A stretch of 64,000 bases of DNA, from positions 22,878,001-22,942,000 of the forward strand of contig NC_042997.1 in the NCBI RefSeq assembly GCF_006345805.1. Direction: 5' to 3'. The notes under the pieces are model-generated. The model saw only the letters and a program-made list of their open reading frames with translations. It did not search any database and was not told the origin of the DNA. Source of the stretch: Octopus sinensis (Eukaryota). Below are positions 62,455 through 64,000 of this stretch, one piece after another; the stretch's first letter is position 1; the number at the start of each line of letters is the position of its first letter. Position numbers and translations under genes: made by a program.

Positions 62455-62875
62455 GTAGGTGTGGGTATGTAGTCAAGAAATTTGCTTCCCAACCTCAGTT
62501 TTGAGTTCAGTTCTGCACTTAGCATCTACTATAGCCCTGAGCTGACCAAAGTTTTGTGAGTGAGTTTGATTGATGGAAACTGAAAGAAGCTTATCGTGTG
62601 TGTGTGTGTGTGGTGTGTGTGGTGTGTGTGTGTGTGTGTGTGCCTTTGTGTCTCCTTGTCTTAACATCAAATAATAGTAGTAAGTAAGTAACACTGTCAT
62701 ACATGCAGTGCCATTCATTTTTAATATTCTGCTAAAACATATCAGGCCATGGGGAAATACAACCTGGCTAGGAAACAGTTGAGGGCTGGAGACATTTGGC
62801 CATAGAAAATCGGCCTCAATAAATCCTGTCCAACTCATGCAAGCAAGGAAAAGGGGAGATTAAAACGATAATGAT
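62455..62875 (+). mobile_element. SINE family A head/core joined to an RTE-type tail
   Basis: A core (ggaaactgaaagaagc) + (TG)n + a different 3' body ending catgcaagcaaggaaaaggggagattaaaacgataatgat. Confidence 0.7.
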
Positions 62876-63554
62876 CAAATCTATGTACTTATTAATTACT
62901 CAAGCAGAAATTACTGCGAAAACCCTACATAAATTTGTGGTAAGTTTGTGTTCCGTCTTCTTGGAAATCTATATTGTGCAACTGCATTACTTTCCTCAAT
63001 CTGCATATGTGTCTCTGTATGTGTATGTGTTTGTAACAACTGACTGATTAATTGAAGAGTATAAAATACAAGATGTGGTGGTGGTATTGGGGGTGGGGGT
63101 TAGGTAGTGGAAAGAGAGGCACATAGGTAAAAAAGGCATGTTCTATACATGAATATCGAATCTGTCCTGTTGGTCACCACTTAATACATCTGTGTGTGTG
63201 TGTGTGTGTGTTTGTGTGTAAATGTGCATGTATGTACATGCATACGTGTGGGTGTGGTCATTGCCTTAGCAACACTTTATGGATATTGGTTACTTGAATA
63301 ATCATTATTTCATAACAACAGTAAATGGGTTTTTTAAATCCTGAATACAGTAAGCATAAACACATTTTTAAAAAAATTAACAATGTTGCATTATAGTTAC
63401 CTACATATAACTTTTAAAATGCTGGTACATCACAGGTTAACTTCTCTAAAATCACCAAAGAACTAGTAACAGCTGATACACATAGGAGGACTGAGTTTTG
63501 CAGAACCCATTGTCTCAGAAACCATGCTTTACAGATTGATGGCAGAACACCATC

Positions 63555-63990
63555 TCAACATCATCATCATCATCGTTTAGTGTCCGCTTTCCATGCTGGT
63601 GTGGGTTGGATGGTGCAACTGGGGTCTGAGAAGCCAGAAGGCTGCACCAGGCCTAGTCTGATCTGGCAATGTTTCTACAGCTGGATGCCCTTCCTAACGC
63701 CAACCACTCCATGAGTGTAGTGGGTGCTTTTTACGTGCCAGATGAGGCTGGCAAACAGCCACGATCGGATGGTGCTTTTCACATGCCACCAGCACGGAGG
63801 CCACGCGAAGCTGGCAATGGCCACGATCAGATGGTGCTTTTTACATGCCAGTTGGGGCGGCGCTGGAAACGGCCACGTTCGGATGGTTCTCTTATGTGCC
63901 ACTGGTACTGGTATCACAGCTACTATTTCCATTGATGTTGATCGATTTTGATTTTGATTTTGATTTTCACTTGCCTCAACAGGTCTTCAC
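63555..63990 (-). mobile_element. Young family C RTE-tail copy
   Basis: (CAT)n cgtttagtgtccgctttccatgc..., internal units, and upstream (GATTTT)n/catcaatggaaat shared with the 2195 copy. Confidence 0.85.
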
Positions 63991-64000
63991 AAGTAGAATT

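Noticed and set aside
62905-62939. Micro-exon EITAKTLHKFV with GTAAGT donor
   Set aside because: Poor acceptor, sits at the end of a SINE tail, and no supporting neighbouring exons.

Overview
AT-rich, microsatellite-dense eukaryotic genomic DNA, most likely from an octopod cephalopod. That assignment is an inference from the repeat landscape (abundant tRNA-headed SINEs, RTE tails, Penelope) and was not checked by search. The only confidently recognised host gene is the 3' end of the phosphoinositide phosphatase SAC1/SACM1L on the + strand. Its last three coding exons are 4569-4670, 14300-14360 and 16101-16237; they have canonical splice sites, join in frame and end ...DAPRLAQAKVQID*. Most of the rest is transposon-derived. 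It includes two tRNA-headed SINE families with interchangeable tails, RTE LINE fragments and many RTE-tail derivatives, a 5'-truncated Penelope element with a variant minimal hammerhead motif, and two stacked R4/Dong-like RLE retrotransposon fragments beside (CATA)n. It also holds fossil piggyBac and hAT transposases, piggyBac/hAT/long-TIR MITEs and a young non-autonomous Helitron. The most unusual structure is a 2.57-kb Mutator-like element (TIRs plus a 9-bp TSD) enclosing a well-formed 126-nt exon-like sequence, i.e. a possible Pack-MULE-type capture in an animal. Nearly all ORFs in the supplied track are repeat or microsatellite artefacts. No CRISPR, rRNA or bona fide tRNA gene is supported.
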